DNA of 64,000 bases from Phoronis australis (Eukaryota; Animalia; Phoronida): NCBI GenBank assembly GCA_002633005.1, contig NMRA01000320.1, forward strand, positions 358,405-422,404, read 5' to 3'. Below, one piece after another: positions 13,501-25,603 of the stretch; the first letter of the stretch is position 1, and every line of letters starts with the position of its first letter. Below the pieces are notes generated by a model. That model had not been told where the DNA came from. It worked only from the letters and a program-made list of their open reading frames with translations, and made no database searches. Position numbers and translations under genes: made by a program.

Positions 13501-16500
13501 GGGCGCATTCTGTGCTGAAGTTTCAAACAGTTATAAGCAACCTTATTGTTCACCATTCTCTCGAACAAAGATATCTCTAGATTAAATTTTGTTGCCAGTT
13601 CGTATACATTAGCACTAGGTCGAAGTTGCTTATGGTCACCAATAAGAATAAGATGTTGGCAACCTTCACTCAGCGTCGTCACGATGTGTGCTTCAAGCAC
13701 TTCTGCAGCCTCCTCGACAATCACAATCTTTGGTTTGATTTGCTGAAGAGCCGCTCTGTACTTTGCAGCACCCGTCGTCGTCATGCCAAGGATAGTAGAA
13801 TTTCGCATGATATGCATGTCTTCCTGCATTTTAATTTCTTGAATTCGTCCAGCGGCGTCATCATATCGTGTTTCCAAGTTTCGTATCTCATCTCTCAGTC
13901 TTCCGATATATTTGTTGATCCAATAACGATATAGTCTCCAGCGATCGACTATAGGAAGTGCCCAGACGTCGATAACTCGCAATACATCCTGTTCTGTCAT
14001 GGCGTCAGTGCTACTCAGTCCTCGTTTCATACGTTTCTTCCTTTCTTTTTTGTTTTGAATTTCCCACCCGTCGTCAACTTGACGTTGGTTAATTGTATCC
14101 ACGTTAACAGCCAGCGCTTCTGCTGCTTGAGCGCGATTCATTCGACGACGTAAATCGGCACGTTGAGCAGGCGTTATTTCATCGTCATCAGCGTCATCAA
14201 TGTGGAGCTGTTCTCGCATGGCACCTTCGTCCTCCACCGCAAGTTCTTCCTCGCTGTCGCCATCGCCTTCGTTATCGCCTTCTACATTTTCATCGCCTTC
14301 TACATTTCCGTTGCCTTCTTGAGGTGCGTCAGCCATGGCTTGTCCCCCTGACTGGTATACGGCATTACCAAGGCCTAGCCAATCAACTAAAACAGAGGAC
14401 GACAGCTGATCAGTAACAGCAGCCATCAGATCATCCCGCAAGTGGTCATCTATGAACTCTGACAAATAGCTGTCTTTGACAACACCCTTACTGGTTGCTT
14501 CAATATCAGCCGCGGTTTTGTCCATTATTTCCCGCAAGCCATTCATTTCTTCTCTGGTGTCACGCAGACCTTGAAAAATGTCTCTTGGAGTTGTCCTCCC
14601 TTTCTTTACTGCCATCCTAAGATTTTTCAACATGCATTTTTCAAGAACAGTGCTGTTACTTCGTCCACCAACTCTGACGATACCATCTTTTTCAAATTCA
14701 TGAATTCCTTCTAGAAACTGGTCAAGAGCATGGTTGGTGTAGCAGACGATGAAAATTGGAGATTTACCGTTTGTATCTCCACTATTATGCCAATGTACTT
14801 TGTTACGTAGAAGAACCTCCACAATTTTCAAACCGATGTATGTCTTTCCAGTGCCAGGGGGACCTTGAATAACAACAAACTCTCTAGTAAGAGCTGCTTG
14901 AACTGCATTAAGTTGAGATTCGTCGAACTGAAAGTACTCTTTTCGTGGCCAACTAGTCGTCGTCAATACAGGTGTAGCTTGCAAGCTTTCCAAGGGTACT
15001 GTTTCATTAAGCAGGGAAGTGAGATCATATGACACGACTCCTTTACCAAGTAAATACGATGGTGGTTTCATTGTTTCCAGTTCGCATTTTATAATGTACT
15101 TCTGAAAAGGGAAGTTAGTCTCGTTCGTTTCCTGAAGGGCTTTCAAAACGTGGCGATATGCCTCAAAATATGCTGAAGTTTCAATCATGGTAAAAACATC
15201 GTTGGAGTTTGCATGGGACCAATCATTGTGATTACTTTCAAATCGAACTTCTATTTCTCCATTTTCAAGATCTTTTGGTTTCCTATCGGTAACAGTGGCG
15301 AAGAGCAAAGTGCGGAACTCGTCGTTTGAAAGACACAAGAGGGAGCCAAATATGAGACGCCTTGAATTCTCCCATTTAATTTTGCGCATTTTACTCACGT
15401 CAAACTTGATACGGTAGGCCGTGCCACTGTGTGTGCAGACCGGATACAGGATGCGAACGCCTTGGTAAAGTCGCACATTTTGAATTCGACGAATGGAACC
15501 GCCCTTTGTTCTGAAATCCAGATATTCACCAATACCTTCCCGCAATGGCCGCACAAAATCCTCCCGAAGTAAGCGGAATTGCACGTCAAGGTACGTCTCA
15601 ACATCTGGGAATTCTCCTTTGACAAAGCTTGCCCTGAGGAAAGGTTTTTCATCTGTCATATCTTCTACCTGTGGGAATATAGACTTGTCCCGAAACTCGT
15701 CTGGAGGCAGTTGCCATTCAACGACTTCTTCGCCGTCTGCGACCCTACCACGTGCGCGTAAACGCTCGGCAAGATCGTCCCGTAACTGAATAACTTCAGA
15801 CAACTGCTCATCAATTTCTTGCGTTACGATCACACTATTGACTCTCAGAGTCCTTATCATTGCATCGGCGTGACTTACAACCGCTATGACGTTTGTATAG
15901 GAATTGGGCATGCGCGTCAACAGTACTTTTAAAATGATGAGAAGTGATAAGAGTGGTCTCTGGAATGAGCCCTGGCGTTCACAAGATGGTTCAATTGACA
16001 TTTCCGTCAGATAGCGAGGAATGGCAGCCTCCATGAAACTGGATGTTCGAATCAAGTTTAAAAGTTGCGACTGAAGACTCGGATACGAGCTTTGCTGAGA
16101 ACACGCCTTTTCAAGGAGTAAGAGCAGGAGGCTGGCCCAGTCAGGTTTCATAACGGAAGCTAAAATGAAAAAAGATATCGTGATCAAAACGCAAAGTTTT
16201 GTGAGATGTGCATTGTGTTTACTCATTTATGAAAAGAAGCAATGGCCCAAAGCATCGTGTGGACATGGCGTGTGTACTTATCTCCAAATCATGTGTTTTT
16301 AGAGATTGCCCAACTATTTTGCTATTTGGCAATTTAGCGCATTCCGCATTCATCCTTCGGAATTTCGTCCCCAGTAAAAAGGTAATCAACTTCGTATTTT
16401 GCTTCCCCGGCCATGTTCATGACCGAAACATGCCAGTGTAAATGAGTCAGGGGTTGGTGTAAATAGACCAATAGATTTTGCTACGTTATCAAAACATCAA

Positions 16501-18653
16501 AGAGGATTTAGGAAGCGGTACTCTGTTATACTTCACTCACCATTATAACATTGGTTCCATATTGCTTTGAACTTGTGTTATAAATAATGCCTGGGCTTAG
16601 GATGAATAGGGCAGATCATTGGTCTTAGAGATCATGGTCGGTGAATCAAGTGACGTAATTATATAATTAAAAAAGTAATTGCAGGCGGTCTAGTACACAT
16701 TGTACCAGACGCTCACGCCGCGCGTGTGGGCCCATTGCGCTGATCATCTGGATCCATTTTTTACTAATATATAGTTACAACCGAACTGAGGAGCTAGAAA
16801 CTTGATTCAGTGCGGCCCAGAGAGATTTAAACTCACAACCTCTAGTAAAGAAAGCGGGTACCTATCACACAATGCCTCCTCTAAATGACACAAAGGTCAA
16901 ACAGATGGAGATTAGACAACAAACACAAGTGCGTGAAACAACGTTTCGTTTACTATCAAGTTAAATTTTTAAGCACATATTGAGAGTAACGGGTGTACCT
17001 TTCAATAGTTCCTTGAATCCACTCTTCGAATTCAATAGGGATAAAATGATCTCATTAGGATCAAGTATTTCCATTTCTTTCATCCTTCTGTAGCCCATGA
17101 ATGGTTTGCGTTTTTCACCTTCCGGCAGGCCCCTGCCATCGAATCTTGGCTCTCTGTGTTTAAAAGTTGATAACTATTAACAGTAACCCACTTTCTTTTT
17201 TGCACAGTAAAACTCGCATACGTCTGATCCAACCGGACCGAAATATTTCATATGAGTTAGGCGAAATCCGACTTATCTGAATGGCCACGTGCACGACATT
17301 GCACGTGTTCAGTGGTCATACCTATATCGTTTTCAAATCATGGAGTAGTTAAAAGTGCTCATAATAAAAATTATATGCTTATTGTATTTGTCGTCTTTTG
17401 TGAAACATGTTTTTTAAAACATCACCACCACCATCACACTTGAACATTTTTGCAGGCAATAAGTAACGGACAGTGTACAATTCTGACAGCTACCGTAACT
17501 TATAAGAACACTTTTGTCGAGATCATCCTCAGCGCGGAAACCGTACATGTCAACCAATACGGGAATTACGTATTTGCTGCGTATTTTGGCCGTTTCTGTA
17601 GTGCTCCTCAGCGCGGAAACCGTACATGTCAACCAATACGGGAATTACGTATTTGCTGCGTATTTTAGCCGTTTCTGTAGTGCCACGGCGAAGCGCCAAA
17701 ATGCTACGTATTTTCAGTAATTGATACGCATTTTGGCCGATGTTGATAAATAAGTTTTCAAACTATTGCTTTGGCTTTTACGGGCAATCTCTTTTGTCGA
17801 AATAATCTCATATCACGAGCCTTGATGGACATTGCCAAAGGAGTTACCATGTAATATAACAACACGGACAGTTACTAGATGTAAGAGCCTCTTCTAGGTA
17901 AGCAGGTACAAGCAATGCATTTTGACACTTGGCAATATTTTGACTCGCTTTCGTCAGTGCTATAGTTTGCTATGTTGTTTTACAAAAATTGTCATGGTTC
18001 GAGAAAAAATGGTTGACATGAATAGGAATTGCAACTGCAACACCAGCGGTCGCTCTCTAATGTTCTGCTGGGGGAGCTAAACCCCATTCAGTAATTGGCT
18101 GGGAATTTTATGAGTGTTTAACTTTCGAGGTCACCAGCCTTGATTTCCGTTAATGTCAAGGATGAGAATTGGTCATTTGCAATAAAATCACAAAAACAGA
18201 GGTTTTTGTTGTCAAATTTTAGCGCTGGGCAAAGCCAGTAACTCATCAGTCGTAAGCTAACTTGTAAAGGCTGCTGGATCTTCGTTAGGGGTCATTCGTT
18301 GACAGTGAAAGTTGACCAGTATCACAGGGTAGCTAGATAACGACAGGCGCATCACGTAATTACTGATGTAGTAAAGTCTGTAAATTTTCTAACAGTGGTT
18401 TTAGAACAACAATACAGGGGTTCTCTTCGACATCGGGGAATGAAGATATGCTTGAGTATGATAGGTTTCCCTCGTAAGAAAGCAGTTTAGCATTTACACA
18501 TTTTAGTCATGCTCTTAAAGATTTTCAAGTCATCCTGCCAGTGTAGTACACCCTGAAGCATGAATGCAATTACCCGTGTCCATATCCACCTCTGCCCCTG
18601 CCCCGTCCGCCTCGTCCGCGTCCGCGTCCGCGGCCTGGACCCCTGTCGGCCAT
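10326..18653 (-). CDS. ZNFX1: NFX1-type zinc finger-containing protein 1 (SF1 RNA helicase / NF-X1 fingers / RZ-finger E3), 4 coding exons, 1831 aa
   Basis: Hand-spliced exons are 18653-18574, 17153-16999, 16159-11084 and 10510-10326. All introns are GT-AG with matching phases (2,1,1); the total is 5496 nt = 1831 aa + stop. Motifs: GPPGTGKT (Walker A), YTNHALD, VEEAAE, IGDHKQL, QHRMRP, VDNFQGEE, NRVCVALSRAR, repeated CGHxC NF-X1 fingers, CGH..CPRC RING-like motif, and the RZ finger GHWFKCQNGHVYAIGDCGG..CPEC..IGG.NH. Confidence 0.95.
10786..10914. mobile_element. Degraded CAG-ended MITE in the last ZNFX1 intron
   Basis: Shares agggggccatg..aaattctccc..ccattt.gcagtt.ggggg..ccccctaactcaaaatcctggatccgc with the copies at 30241, 36228 and 37103. 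TSD is not recognisable. Confidence 0.75.
11084..16159 (-). CDS. ZNFX1: ZNFX1 giant coding exon 3 (5076 bp: helicase, NF-X1 fingers, RING-like motif, start of RZ finger)
   Basis: ORF 11013-16226 trimmed to acceptor ttttcattttag (16160-16161) and donor gtaagt (11078-11083). Confidence 0.95.
16671..16870 (-). mobile_element. tRNA-derived SINE copy (5'-truncated) in a ZNFX1 intron
   Basis: Collinear with 62621-62857, sharing taattgcagg, ttgtaccagacg, gggcccattgc.ctgatca and agtaaagaaagcgggtacctatcacac. Confidence 0.7.
16999..17153 (-). CDS. ZNFX1: ZNFX1 coding exon 2
   Basis: Boundaries acag| and |gtacac. Encodes EPRFDGRGLPEGEKRKPFMGYRRMKEMEILDPNEIILSLLNSKSGFKELLK, resembling the ZNFX1 N-terminal helical segment. 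Phases fit both neighbours. Confidence 0.85.
17527..17684. repeat. 79-bp tandem duplication (2 copies)
   Basis: cctcagcgcggaaaccgtacatgtcaacc...ccgtttctgtagtg starts at 17527 and again at 17606. Confidence 0.9.
18574..18653 (-). CDS. ZNFX1: ZNFX1 coding exon 1 (MADRGPGRGRGRGRGGRGRGRGGYGH, RG/RGG-rich)
   Basis: Acceptor tttcag at 18669-18670, ATG at 18653, donor gtaatt at 18573. Phase 2 joins exon 2 in frame. Not reported in the ORF track in this frame. Confidence 0.8.
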
Positions 18654-20156
18654 TGAAACGTGATAGGCCTGAAATTACATAAATTAAAAATTCGTCAAAA
18701 TCATCAAATCCGTCCCAAATTGGGAAGGTATGGTCGTCTCCTTTAAAAATGTATTTGCCAAAATTCATGAAAATCCAGCAAAGAATATTGAACGACCTCA
18801 GGGGTCGCACCCGACACTTTGCTTGTAGAACAAAAGGCCAATGTGACAAGTACCCAAGTAAGTGCATTTAACTGATAACGTCACCGGTCTCGACTTTATT
18901 CTACCGAATGGTTAAATGCCAACGTCGCAATTTTAAGTAAAAAGAAAAAAGAACGGATTATGCTCTAGTCATAGCTAATAAATTCAAGATGTCTATTCTA
19001 CCCATTATTTAGTAACTGATTTACTTATTTACTGCTGATTTTTTTTTGTCTTTCTTCTGTTTTCATTTTGTTTCTCATCTTTTTTACGAACCGTAATGGA
19101 AATAAATCTTGGTCTTTATATGTTATCCGTAGCTTGCACTTGCTTGTACTTTTATTTTGTCTTGTATTTTTTATGCTTCTTTTGTACTTGTGTGATTCAA
19201 CTAATTTATTATAATTTATGTATAGACTATAATAATTCCAAAAATGCACTGTTTGATTACAACCCCATGCAGCGCGGCCTTCGTTTTTGTTCATATTTAC
19301 GGGTGTCAGCCGTTGTTGGAGATTTAAACACTGACAGTCAGCGTTTCTTGATTTCACATAAGGTGATTAAACCATAACCGTCCAATGGATTTCACTGATT
19401 ACTTAAACGCCGCTAATTTGATGTATTCGCATTAGTACGAGAGCGTGTGAATTTAATATTGGTTTTGATTAAAAACTGATAAAATTATTCAAAGAACATT
19501 TCAGAGTAAGTTTAACTTTCAAAAACGCCTTCAAAATGATAATGATATCTCTTCACATCAAATCAACGAGCAATCTTATGTTTGGATAAAAGTTACACTA
19601 CAGCACAACAATATTGTGCCATTTTATTATCCGACGGAAGTTGTTTAATCCAAGTTACTGGATAAATCAGAAGCATTCGCAAACTATTGCACACTATGTT
19701 GCATCTAAACTTTGCACACCATACAGTAATATCTAGTTCAAGTTACAAACGTCTACACTGTTATTTTAACGTCATTGCCTCGAACTTTATTTTTTTTAGT
19801 TGCTCATTATTTCTAATCAAAAATATAGGTTATGGTTTCAGAAATTTTGCCATGTTATCAGCTGGGTGCTTTACTTGACCCGTAGAATGATGTCATCGAG
19901 TCTCCGACACTCATTGTCACGGTAGAGATAATTTTGTAAGCCTATCCAGGACTTCACCTCACAATAAGTTTCACGAGTAAGAGATGCCTTCCTGGTTTCA
20001 TGAAAATCCAAAGCTTGGGTCAAATATTTTGTTCTTTTGCCTGTAAACTTCCCTATCGTATAAAAACATTTAGCAAATTGGAAGGTAGCATCTATCTGAT
20101 ATTCATTTCCTGAGAGCGTGATGAAACAGCTACGTTTATTTCGAGCATGGCAACAG

Positions 20157-20303
20157 TAGCCCTGTGACCAGGCGCATGAACATTGCATGTTGACGGTAGC
20201 CCTGTGACCAGGCGCATGAATATTGCATGTTGACGATAGCCCTGTGACCAGGTGCATGAACATTGCATATTGACGATAGCCCTGTGACCAGGCGTATGAA
20301 TAT
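20157..20303. repeat. 40-bp minisatellite (~3.6 copies)
   Basis: Unit agccctgtgaccaggcgcatgaacattgcatgttgacg(g/a)t. Confidence 0.9.
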
Positions 20304-22563
20304 TAGAGCAAAGATAAAATCGATTTTCAACGCATTTCTTCATTACAGAAGTTTCTCTAATTTGACTTGCGCCAAGTAAAAAAATAATTGACTTTATCGT
20401 GTACATGTGACGAGCTTAATTGAGCTTGCCCAACAAAATTGAAATCTTGTCACTGATTGATTTGAAACTTGTTTGATTAAAAATTGTATTACCACTCACA
20501 GACACTTCTGTTTCGTGAACACAAAGTACGTAAGTATTGAAAGGAGAGTAGATGTGAACCAAATTAGTAAATAAGGATCGTGAGCGTGGCACAGGTGTAA
20601 GACCATACCACGGTAATGGCCGTGGACTTTTTGCCGCCGTCTTCTCGAGTGAAAAAGTACCCCTTCCATTTCTAAGCAGAACATCGCATGGAAAAAATTT
20701 CGTTGTGAGGAAATATGACGACGAAGAAAACCTCCAGTTGTAAAGAGAAAGCACAATTATCACGAATAGAGTACACATGAAAGCACTTTTTAAAAATTCT
20801 CAAATTTCAAATATATGTAATTATTAGCAGCCCTTTGTCCAACTTTTTCTTTTCTTATCCAACGTTCTCTCTCTTTGTCTAATTACTTTCTCCTTGTCCA
20901 ATTAAATCTCTTGACAGCTATTGGGTGCGCATGTCGCTCCTGTCCGTCAGGAATTGCGTAGGGTCTCTCCGAAACGAGTGCAAGAATACTTTCATTGTTC
21001 AATAAGTAATGTAATGCTTGCTTTGAATTTTGACAGTCAAAACCATGTGTAGCTTTACAGCATCAAGTTATCAATCGCGGATCCATATCCTGCCCCGACC
21101 TCCTGTGCATACTGGACCCGTAAAACCAGACGTACTGAATTACAAATCTATAATCCAATATTACAGCTTGTCTTCCACCCCCAACAAAGTCTGACTTTAA
21201 TTAAACCGCTTACCGTTATGGAATTGGTCTCATATTGTTCCCAAGTCAAATTGGAGATGATTTCAAAGCTTTGAAAGAACAGGCAGTTAATGCTCGAAAT
21301 TAACCCACTCATGTTGTCACCGGTTGTTCCGGCTTCACGCGAGCGCGGTCTTAACAGATTACAAACTACCAATTCAAAAACCACTTCTTATCAGGAATAC
21401 GGTGATACCAATTTACATACATGTTGTCTAATTAATGAGAGTCCCGCAGATTTTAGTTCTTTTGCGCGACACGGTAAAAATCCCAGGTCGCCATAACTGA
21501 AATCGCTATCAGGACGCCGCGCGGCATCCGAGCATGCACGCACGCACGCAATTAAATAATGCAGGAATTCAACGGTTTTTAAGTTCAGGTACTTCGCTTG
21601 TTTCATTTTCGGCTCTTGACTAGGTATAGCCTGTACAATATTTCGTTTTCATCGAGTGTTGAGTTCTCCGGAGTGCTAACACCAAATCACAAACTGTTTG
21701 GACAGTGACAATTAACTATCATGATTTTTGTCTACTCAATGAAGTCTGAGTTGACGTGTACTGATGAAAAGCCTGTAATACTGGGGGTCGATTGAGAATC
21801 CAAAAATGCCTTTCAGTTCTGGTTTTGGCCTGCATATCATCATAAACATAAGGATATCCACATCCGTCAGACCTGTCTAGCCGTGTCTAGGGACCTACCT
21901 GTTCTTTACTATTCACACCAGACTGAGTGAATCGATCACCCTGCTACAGAACACTGTATAACGTTACAATTACTTCTCTGCGCCACAAAACAGATTGAAA
22001 GTTATGTGTTTTCCAGGTGCAATATAGTACGTCACATGGGTTTTTCCAGAATCCTCGTCAGTACATGGAAAATCCCACTGCAAGGCAGGTCATTGTTTCC
22101 CCACACGACAATTTCTTCGAAGTGGAAAAGCGACACGCTTTGGCCAAATCAGAAAGTTGTAATGAAGTACTCGGTCAGTTTTAACCACCAAACTATTCAC
22201 TGCAGCTGGTAATAAAATTTTGCTCACAGAATGTGTGTTCCACTTAAATGAAGGCGAGCCATATGTTTATACCTGGGAGTAATATACATGATATTGGTCA
22301 TAGGTTTATACATGGTACGAAAATCTGTTTACTCCGCCGAAGATACGTCGTGAGTGGCAGCTACATCATGACAGTTCATAACAGTGTATCGACAAAGCTG
22401 TCCAAAATCCTGACAAGAAAAAAGCAGTAGACACTGACAATAGTGGTCTTACCAAAGAGTGTATTACTTAGATGCGACGTCGGAATAGGATCAGTTGGTT
22501 TTTTCCTCGAAATCACTTCGTGGCTTAAGGTCTTCCAAGAAATCACGAAACTGTGACGTGACA

Positions 22564-22994
22564 CAGGCTACCCGAACAACACAGCTTTCGCACGAAACTC
22601 ATAGACCTCTGAACCCAGTATGATATTGGCCCACAAATTAATGTCGCTCTCACAAAACTTGGGGACACAGAAAGCATGGTTCTTGCACGAACAAACTGGT
22701 GGGTGGCAGAATCGTTAACAGCGGAGTACGCGCCCATCGCCGAGCGTATACAACTTGGGGCGTCCATAGTGCTCCGCTGTGTCTCCGTTGAGGCAGCGCT
22801 TTTGGGGTGCGCCAAGTTTTGTTTCGTGAGTGCGGACACACGCAGCTTTTGAGTCAGCTGCCTGAACAGAGACATTAGCCAGGCTGACCTATTCACGCGT
22901 GGCATACTGAAATGAGCCAGATTACAGGTCCGTGAACCAGGCCCGGCTGCGCTACCACGACCAAGTACAAAAGCCGTGTTGTTCGGATAGCCTG
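22564..22994. mobile_element. TIR-bounded MITE-like element
   Basis: Inverted repeat caggctacccgaacaacacagcttt / aaagccgtgttgttcggatagcctg (25 bp, 2 mismatches). Exact termini and TSD are ambiguous. Confidence 0.6.
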
Positions 22995-24557
22995 GAATAG
23001 ATACCCTCATCGACTCACAGATCAATAAACAGGCTCGACATGCGACATGAGGTCAAAATACGCTGATCGCCAGTCCGAGGTACGTCAGTTGTGCTTGAGC
23101 CCAGAACTCAAACACCATTGAATTAGTGTTCAAAGGATCTATGGCTCACCACTGAGAAGTCAGAGGCACGCCACTGACCTCTTAATCTAGTGCGGTGACC
23201 GTGGAAAACTATGATCTTTTTGAAAAAGCCCAGCACTCCAACAGCGCAGGGGTCATTCCGGCCGCCGGCCGATATGCGTGCAAGCAATGCCGGGCCGGGC
23301 GTCCGCATTGTAAATTTCCACTTAAATAAAAAAAATACAGCTAGCTCTTGTGCAGCTGATTAGGCCTATACACTCTGACTAAGGCTACAGTATTCAGCAG
23401 GTCACTAGTCTACCTTCGGCCGGGACAGCTAACATCGGAATGGATGGTTGGTAATCGATCCTAAAAAAGTTGCAATCTAGTTTTGTACACAAAGACCCTG
23501 AAACTGTACATAAGCTCATGACTTATAGATGTTTTAACATCTGATCCAAGTGTAAGACTTTAAATTTTGACTGTAAATTGCATTTCGCCTGAGCATGTGA
23601 GGTCCGAGTAAGAATTCAAAAAATACATTCGCTCTGCTGTGTGCCCAGCAGAAATGAATTTAATATTTAGACTTGCACGGTAGATTACGTTATTTGTAAA
23701 TGTTTTATATTATCTCATTTTAAACTTTGTTCATTAGTATGACACGGCATCAGAAAGTCACTCTTCGTTTTTTAGGAAATTCTGTTAGCTACTAAGAGTT
23801 AGTGGCCAGTGGACAGAGCTGGTTTAGCGTGCATCTCAACGAAGGCAAAAATAAAAATATCACGGAAGTCTCCGTGTATGAAAATATCTCTCCGATGTTG
23901 GTTTCTCACTCTCAACACTGGCACTATTGTGCACAGCCCCTTGTTAGGCTTATAGCGCCAATTTGAAAACCTATGCTGGGGCAGCGAATAAGCTCACGAC
24001 GGTGAAATTCAGTGAGCTCAATTGGTTGGGAGGAATTAAGGAATTTTACAACAACTGCATATGGGGGCAAGTCGAGAAGTACCCTAAAAACTTCGGCGTA
24101 TCTTGTTCGAAGTTTTGCTTTATTTCTGAGTTGGTTTGAGATGACGTAGGTGTATAGTGAGTAATTTGCACAATCAATGAACTTTATTCCGTTGCAATAG
24201 GTTTTGGGACAAAAACACATAATGTAGAACTTTCATCCAAATTTCTGGAAACACCGTCATGTAGCGTTCCACGCTGTTAATTTTCAAATCTGTTTTTGAA
24301 TGTCTAGTGTTTTCTTTTACCAGTTAAATAAATGGCACTTCCGCTGTCCGGACATCCCGCCAGGGGAATTCCATTTTCATTTTGTCGCCCGGTATGTAAC
24401 CGGAAAACCAGCATAGCCTCCCATTCAGGGAGCGGACTCTCACCTCCGCAATGAGGCACATGCACGCGCTTCCAACGTAATAAAGTCCTGGCACGGGCGA
24501 TCATCTGTAAACCCGCGTGTGCGGCACCGGCCACGGGACGTCTTACGTATTCTTCAG

Positions 24558-24976
24558 TGGCCGGTTGCATGAAACAGTCCCAAATAGGGACCCAAGGTCC
24601 CAAACTCTTTTTGCGTTTTTCGTCATGGACTCCCAGATGCAATATTTTTTCTATGATTTTATCTTGATTATGAGCTCTTCTTTGATTAATGACATTTTCT
24701 AATAATGTTACTAAAAACAGAGCCCCTGTCACGGTATTCAGTGGGTCCTTAAACTGGGGATGTTGGATGAAAAGATCCATAATTATTTTCGATAATATTG
24801 ACAATTCAACGTATAGTTTACTCTTGATTTGTATCAATTAAAAAGTCAAAACTTTGACTGGGTTGACCGTGATGAAACTTCGGAAAACAATACACTAAAG
24901 AAAGGACAATACCGACGCAGTAGATTTAGGGAACTTAGTCGGGTCCCTATTTGGGGTTGTTTCATGCAACCGGGCA
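24558..24976. mobile_element. MITE with ~35-bp TIRs (Harbinger-like)
   Basis: ccggttgcatgaaacagtcccaaatagggaccc / gggtccctatttggggttgtttcatgcaaccgg. Related ends occur at 31298 and 31763-31800. Confidence 0.75.
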
Positions 24977-25523
24977 AAGATGTCTTTTTAAACCCGCCGG
25001 CCACTTTAAATAAGCCTGAAACAGCTCCTGTCACCGTCGGGCCGCCGGCCGGGCCGGCCGCCGTGACCGACGCACACTGTGGACCCGCTCCGTCGACCTT
25101 CCCCGCCGCTCAGTAGCTGGCCGCGTGCGCCGGTCGCCGAAAGCCCCTCGGCGCCGGGACCTTACAGGCTAGAATACTGAATATTGAACGCAAACCGCCA
25201 TCAATACAATATTCTATGTAACAAAGCTCAGTATTGAATAAATATCAATGCCCCTCAGCCTACTAGTCCGTCCAGCAATCTAGCTGCCCGAGTGGGGAAT
25301 TCCAGTGACGTGATATTCGGTAAACTTCGGCATTAACCGCTACCTATCCCGAGAGTTCCGGCCAACCATCCAGTACATTTTCCATATATCACTATTTACC
25401 AATATTTGTCATTTAATAACCATACTTTTAGCTATGTATGTATAACAATTGCTGTGTTTGATGGACGTACTTTTTAGCTAACCGCGGCTGTAGATGTTAT
25501 TAACTATTCACATCCGGGACACT

Positions 25524-25550
25524 TTGACGTCGTTCTTGGCAACAAAACAG
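25524..25550 (+). promoter_or_regulatory. RFX X-box-like motif (GTCGTT-CTT-GGCAAC) overlapping a CRE-like TGACGTC, about 60 bp upstream of the GAS8 ATG
   Basis: Fits the X-box pattern GTNRYY-N0-3-RGYAAC. RFX control of ciliary genes is established; function of this site is inferred. Confidence 0.55.
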
Positions 25551-25603
25551 CCAAGTTCGAGCTGGTTGGAAGATAAAGCAAAAACACAGAACACGCAGTC
25601 AAA

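Noticed and set aside
11781-15789. Many short ORFs antisense to or overlapping ZNFX1
   Set aside because: Shadow ORFs of a long coding exon, with no recognisable motifs.
16160-16226. ORF-track N-terminus MSKHNAHL... of the 1737-aa ORF
   Set aside because: This is intron sequence: a polypyrimidine tract and AG at 16160-16161, with in-phase upstream exons, give a better model.
23441-25372. 11-bp inverted match tggatggttgg/ccaaccatcca as the TIR of a 1.9-kb element
   Set aside because: Too short, no extension and no TSD; compatible with chance.
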